The translations under genes were made by a program, and so were the position numbers. Positions 59,190 to 64,000 of a DNA stretch of 64,000 bases are shown in pieces. The DNA comes from the human T2T-CHM13v2.0 reference genome, Homo sapiens. The DNA lies in NCBI RefSeq assembly GCF_009914755.1, contig NC_060947.1; one strand, 5' to 3'. Each line of letters begins with the position of its first letter. The stretch's first letter is position 1. The notes under the pieces were generated by a model. It saw only the letters and a list, made by a program, of their open reading frames with translations. It ran no database searches and had not been told where the DNA came from.

Positions 59190-59558
59190 CAAATGTGGTT
59201 TGAATATTTTTGTTCCCCAAAATTTGTATGTTGAAATCCTAACCCCGAAGGTGATGGTGTTAGAAGATGGGGCCTTTGGGAGGTGACTAGGTCATGAGAG
59301 GACAACCCTCATGAATGGGATTAGCTTGCCCTTATAAAACAGGCCTGAGAGAGACCCCATGCCTTTTCTGCCATGTGAGGTTACAATGAAAAGACAGCCA
59401 TCAGTGAACCAGGAAGCGGGCCCTTACCAGACACCAAGTCTGTTGGTAACTTGATTTTGGACTTTCCAGGCTCCAGAGCTGTGAGAAATAAATTTCTGTT
59501 GTTTATAGGCCACCCAGTCTATGGTGTTTTGTTATAGCAGTGTGACCAGACTAAAACA
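59190..59558 (+). mobile_element. MaLR solo LTR (MLT1A0-like)
   Basis: 'tatgttgaaatcctaacccc', 'ggggcctttgggaggtga', 'gtgagaaataaatttctgttgtttata', ends 'gactaaaaca'. Confidence 0.9.
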
Positions 59559-60293
59559 ATTTGCAAACGAACCCAGATTAGAATGCTTTTAGGTGTGAAT
59601 CATGGTTGCAGGCAAGAAGGGCTGAAGGGAGGTTGGAGAGGCTGGAGAGTTGAGGCAAAGACCTATAATGGAGGTAGGTCTGATCTGATACTATAGGAGG
59701 TAAGAAATTAGAGATAGAAGGATGTTAAAGTTTCAGGACAAAAAAACCAATGTGGCTTTTGGGAAGAAATCAGGGCAGCCTGGAGGACTAGGACAAAAAA
59801 TTCAGGTTAAGGATACAAGGGAAATGGAGAAGGATGGTTTGGGTCAGTTTGAGTTCTAGACTTCTGACATGGATTAATTTATTGACTTGGTTAACAATGA
59901 TGGAAAACTAAAAGAAGTATCTGCACATTAAATAACTTGATAAAGAATGCATTTAATTTCATGATTATCTACTTTCAGAAAGCAAAAAGAAAGGATTCTA
60001 CTAATAAGAATGGCAATAGAAACCATGTGTTCATCTGTTTTGAGCACCTACAATATGCGATATTATGAGAAAGAACTGGCTGAATAAACAAAAATGAAGA
60101 AATGCTTTATGTGCCAGGCAATCTACATATTAGCTGATTAACTATCAAGAGAAAGTTATATTAGTTTATATACTAACATAAACATTACATTGTAGACAAC
60201 ATGACCTAGGCTTATAAAATAAGAGTTTGCCAAGAGAAAGGCAGACTGGATTACTAAGGAATCTTCTCTGTTGCCCTCTCTCTAGACAGGTGT

Positions 60294-60349
60294 TTGCTTA
60301 TAGTAGGCCTGCCTCATAGGGTAATAGTTGCTTATAGTAAGCCTGCCTC
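60294..60349. repeat. 22-bp direct repeat (1 mismatch) with 12-nt spacer
   Basis: ttgcttatagtaggcctgcctc-atagggtaatag-ttgcttatagtaagcctgcctc. Confidence 0.9.
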
Positions 60350-61194
60350 TACATTGTACTTGGGAGCTGCCATGCAATTCCTACAGAAACTGTCCAGCAC
60401 TACAGTTTCACCTTGTGTAACTGGCATAAATTGATTCTAGATAAATAAATTAGATACAGCACAGCTGTGTGTGGATAACGGAAAGATATGAGGATGTAAC
60501 GATATATACCCTTATAGTGTATTTGGATCAAAACCAATAAATTAATTCACATTCAGCCTATAACCATAAGCACACTAACAGGACTACAATAGCGAGTAGA
60601 AAAGGTGACAATACTCCTACGTACAATTAATGTACCATGTTATGAAGCATTTTAAGACCACTTTTCTAATTGTCTTTTATCTTTATCCCATGCATGGTTT
60701 CCCTCCAGTTCTCCAGTTTGTTTTTGTTCAGGCTTGGCCACAGCTGCTCCTGCTTATACCATGCTGCTTTCTAAAATTTTAGCTATCATCACCAATTTCA
60801 CACACTTCTACTATTTATTGCCTAGATACGAAAGCAGTTCTTCATTTTTATTTCAAGGTACCCCGATTTTCTGTCTCTTCCTGCAGTAGCCTTGGGAAGG
60901 GTGATTCTGATGCAAATGTGTTGAGTCATTGTGGGGATTCAGTGAGGTAACAATGCTTTTGACTGTCACTGAGGCATTTAACAAATGGTAGTCTCCCCTC
61001 CCACATCCCCATTTTCCTGTTATATAAATTATAGTTATTATTACAGTATCTGGCCCTGACTAGTCTCACCTCACTCCTGCAGAACAAAATTCTTTGGTGA
61101 ACAAATTATTTCTGTTTAACTGGTTGCACCCACCTAACAGTGCAACACCTAAACTCAACAGTTTTGCATTGCATCTGCAATGTTCAACAGTCTA

Positions 61195-61370
61195 TAAATC
61201 ACTTTCTTATGCACTGTTCATTTGCATCTCATAACAACTCTATGAGGTAGGTAATAATAGTAAGGGAAACTGAGGTACAGAGACATTAGAGGCTTACTTA
61301 AGGTCAACTATCCAATTAGCGAAAGAGCTGGAAGATGCTGTTTTCCTGCTTCTTGACTGTTCTTTCCATA
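61195..61370 (-). mobile_element. MIR
   Basis: 'tctcataacaactctatgaggtaggta...gggaaactgaggtacagag'. Confidence 0.8.
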
Positions 61371-63024
61371 AGACTATAATGTTTCCCAAAGAAATGCTTG
61401 CTAACGATTCTTTGAAAATTAAAATACACATAATATATACAAAATCACCTGATTCACCAAGTCTATCTATATTGGGCACGGGGATCCCTGTTCTCAGCTT
61501 GTAAGTGTCCATTTTGTGAAAGACTGGTATGACATTTAGTGTAAACCTAATTTAAAAAAAAACAATACATCTAAATACTTCTCAGTCAGAAACAGCCAGG
61601 CAACAGCTCCCTTGACCCAAAGCCAACTTCAAGAGCCAATTTTTCCCAAACGACAGAAAGGCAGGATAGAGCAGCCATAATTATTTCTATGAGATAATCC
61701 TACCACCTCAGGTCTTCTAAGGTGCAAGTGAATGCACTTAATTGCTCAGCTGTGTATTTGCTTGAATGTAATCAACCACTTACTGGGAGTTGCTGTCTAA
61801 CTATTAGGATATTGGCACAAGAAAAGCTAAATAAATTAGAGAGAGTTCACTCTTTATAAAGCTGCTTTTGGAAGGAAAGTGTCTTCCATGTTCAGAGCCA
61901 GGGGGAGTTGGAAAGGAACAAGGTTGGAAGTCAGGCTGCAGTCATAACAAAATGCTTACTCCTTGCGAGCGTTGCCCCATTCCCTGTTAACACAGGACAT
62001 GGCCCAAAGCCGCTGACCTCTGTAGAGTGCTCTTCTGTCATTCTGGAGTGATGGCCAGTCTTATTAAATGCACCTATTACCCGCAGAGCGAGCACCAGCA
62101 TGAAATGAGTTGTGCTTGATGAGCAAGGAGGACAAGAAGCTTGCTTTTTTAGCATGAATAACATCTGTTCCTTCAAGCATGAATACAGCAGCAAGGGGAG
62201 GAGATGACCAGACAAGGCAGAAAAACAAACAGCATGATGTTTGGTCTCCAGGGTAATTACCTTGATATCTGGGTGTTTGTCTTTTGTCCACAGGGCCTTG
62301 TGCAGCTTGAGCACACTCTGCCCAAGGGCTGTAGCTATGAGAAAGGCTCTCAGTCCATGAGCTGTTACAGTGAAGGGTCTGTGGGCCCATTTAAAAAATA
62401 ATAAAAGGCTAACTGCATTTTCTTTCAAGAAGAGACTTCTGAGAAAAGACTGGAAGGAGAGGTTACTTCAGGTAGTAGACACATTTAAAGGAAAGGCTCT
62501 AAATGTGAAATGATGGCTCTTCTAAGATTAAAAGACCACTGCTGTGGTTTTATTCTTAGATCTTAAGTGGCTCTTTAATATTTTGAACGTTCTATCAAAC
62601 GCAACCTTCTTTCACCTATTGTCCCAGCCTCCAGTTCATCTCTATTTTATCCTGTCCACCACTCTAGAACTTAAAGTACTATTTTGTTTGTTGGCTATTT
62701 GCTTGCTTGTTTGTTTGCTTGGTTATTTATTGGCCTGGTTGCTTGCTTCCTTGAGTGTTTGCATTGAGAATTCTATCAGTATTTTAAAAACCATCATTTG
62801 TATGTATCACAATATGTCATAAAATACATTTTTTTTTTTGCTCAACAATGTGCTAATCCTTTTTGCTTTTGCAATCAATTTTATTCTTTCAGCTTGGCAA
62901 ATAAAATGTCCTCTATTCATTTGCTCACATCCTCTTCTCTTCAATCCAACCACTTGTTTCCTGATGGGTTCTATTCAAGAACCTCACTTTTATGTTTCTT
63001 GCTGTTTTCTACCCTCAAGAAGTA

Positions 63025-63920
63025 CCACTTATAATTTGGGGGTCGGAGGGGGCAATGAAAACTGAAAATGTGGAAGCCCTTGTTCAAAAAGCAGTAAAAA
63101 GTTTCATTAAGTGTACTAAAATATAAACCTTTGTCTTTCTTCTGCAGTCTCTCTCAACTTCTCATGGTGTTTTAAATCTATTTGATGTTCTTCTGAGTAA
63201 TGCAAAATCAAAAATTTTAATCATTCCCGTATATTTTAACATTCATTTTTATATTGTGCAATGCCAGTTTTAAATGGAAATATAGGAACATTTTACTTGT
63301 TTACAAAATCACAGTTCATATTTCATAGCTCATACATGCATATGTATTTCACAAGTTTTTGTTTAACTTCTTGATATGACCACATGTACCAACACTCCCT
63401 ACCTTCAACTTAATAATGGGTAACGAAAGACTGAAAGGAAAAGAAATTATGGATTACCCTATCTTTTCCCTTTACTTCAATATCATCTTTTTCAGTGTAA
63501 GTGGTTGGCTAATATGGGGAAGTAACAGGAGTAAGAATGGATACGACAGGGTTTCTCAGTTCTACATGTTTCTTAGAATGCCCTTATCCTCTTGCTGCGT
63601 GTCTGAAGCAAGTTCCTGTTGGAATGAAAAATGTGCCCTCTCCAGGATGTCAGCAGTCCCTCACTTTCCTGCTTACTCAGTCATAGAAGTAACACATTTA
63701 TCTTATACTTGATTTATGTCTCACTGAACTCCCCTACATCATGAGACCACTGGAATTCTGTGTTCATAGGAGCATCTCTAATGCTAATATGTGAGCAGGG
63801 CAGCAAGGAGTGGGGGACACACATATTGCACATGTCTCCTCTGCTCATTCATGCTCCCTTGTCCCCTAGGACTTCACTTATAAAACACAAGTTCAAGGAT
63901 AAAATTATTAAGAATGTCAA
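63025..63920 (-). mobile_element. MER45-family (MER45B-like, hAT-Tip100), interrupted by L1
   Basis: 'ataatttgggg...tgaaaatgtggaagcccttgttcaaaaa' at left and 'aaaattattaagaatgtcaag' at right match MER45 subterminal sequence. Confidence 0.7.
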
Positions 63921-64000
63921 GGGAGGGAGGTTCCAAGATGGCCGAATAGGAACAGCTCCAGTCTACAGCTCCCAGCGTGGACAACGCAGAATACGGGTGA
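63921..64000 (+). mobile_element. 5' tip of a 5'-intact L1PA (5'UTR with YY1 site); continues right of window
   Basis: 'gggagggaggttccaagatggccgaataggaacagctccagtctacagctcccagcgtg'; YY1 site AAGATGGCC at 63935-63943; preceded by TT|AAGA endonuclease-type site. Confidence 0.95.

Noticed and set aside
61931-62428. 165-aa minus-strand ORF
   Set aside because: No recognisable domain or splice structure; the length is compatible with chance.

Overview
Primate genomic DNA, probably human (AluS, L1PA, THE1/MST LTRs; species inferred from repeat content only). It is AT-rich, repeat-dense, non-coding sequence with no recognisable intact cellular gene; the only long ORFs are disrupted LINE-1 ORF2 remnants. 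Contents: (1) the 3' 2.7 kb of an L1PA4/5-like element abutting an old L1M; (2) a decayed RPL26L1-type processed pseudogene on the minus strand; (3) about ten L1 fragments, all on +; (4) six Alus, solo MaLR/ERVL LTRs, hAT MERs, MIRs and L2s, several nested; (5) the 5' tip of another L1PA at the right edge. Best observations: two L1s from different subfamilies 47,039 bp apart share a ~186-bp near-identical tract with three private mutations, suggesting ectopic gene conversion. The downstream L1 is an internal ORF2 fragment with no tail and no TSD. Its flanks may hold a very decayed double-homeobox-like retrocopy (speculative). Repeat subfamily calls and difference counts were made by eye from recalled consensus sequences; boundaries of old repeats are approximate.
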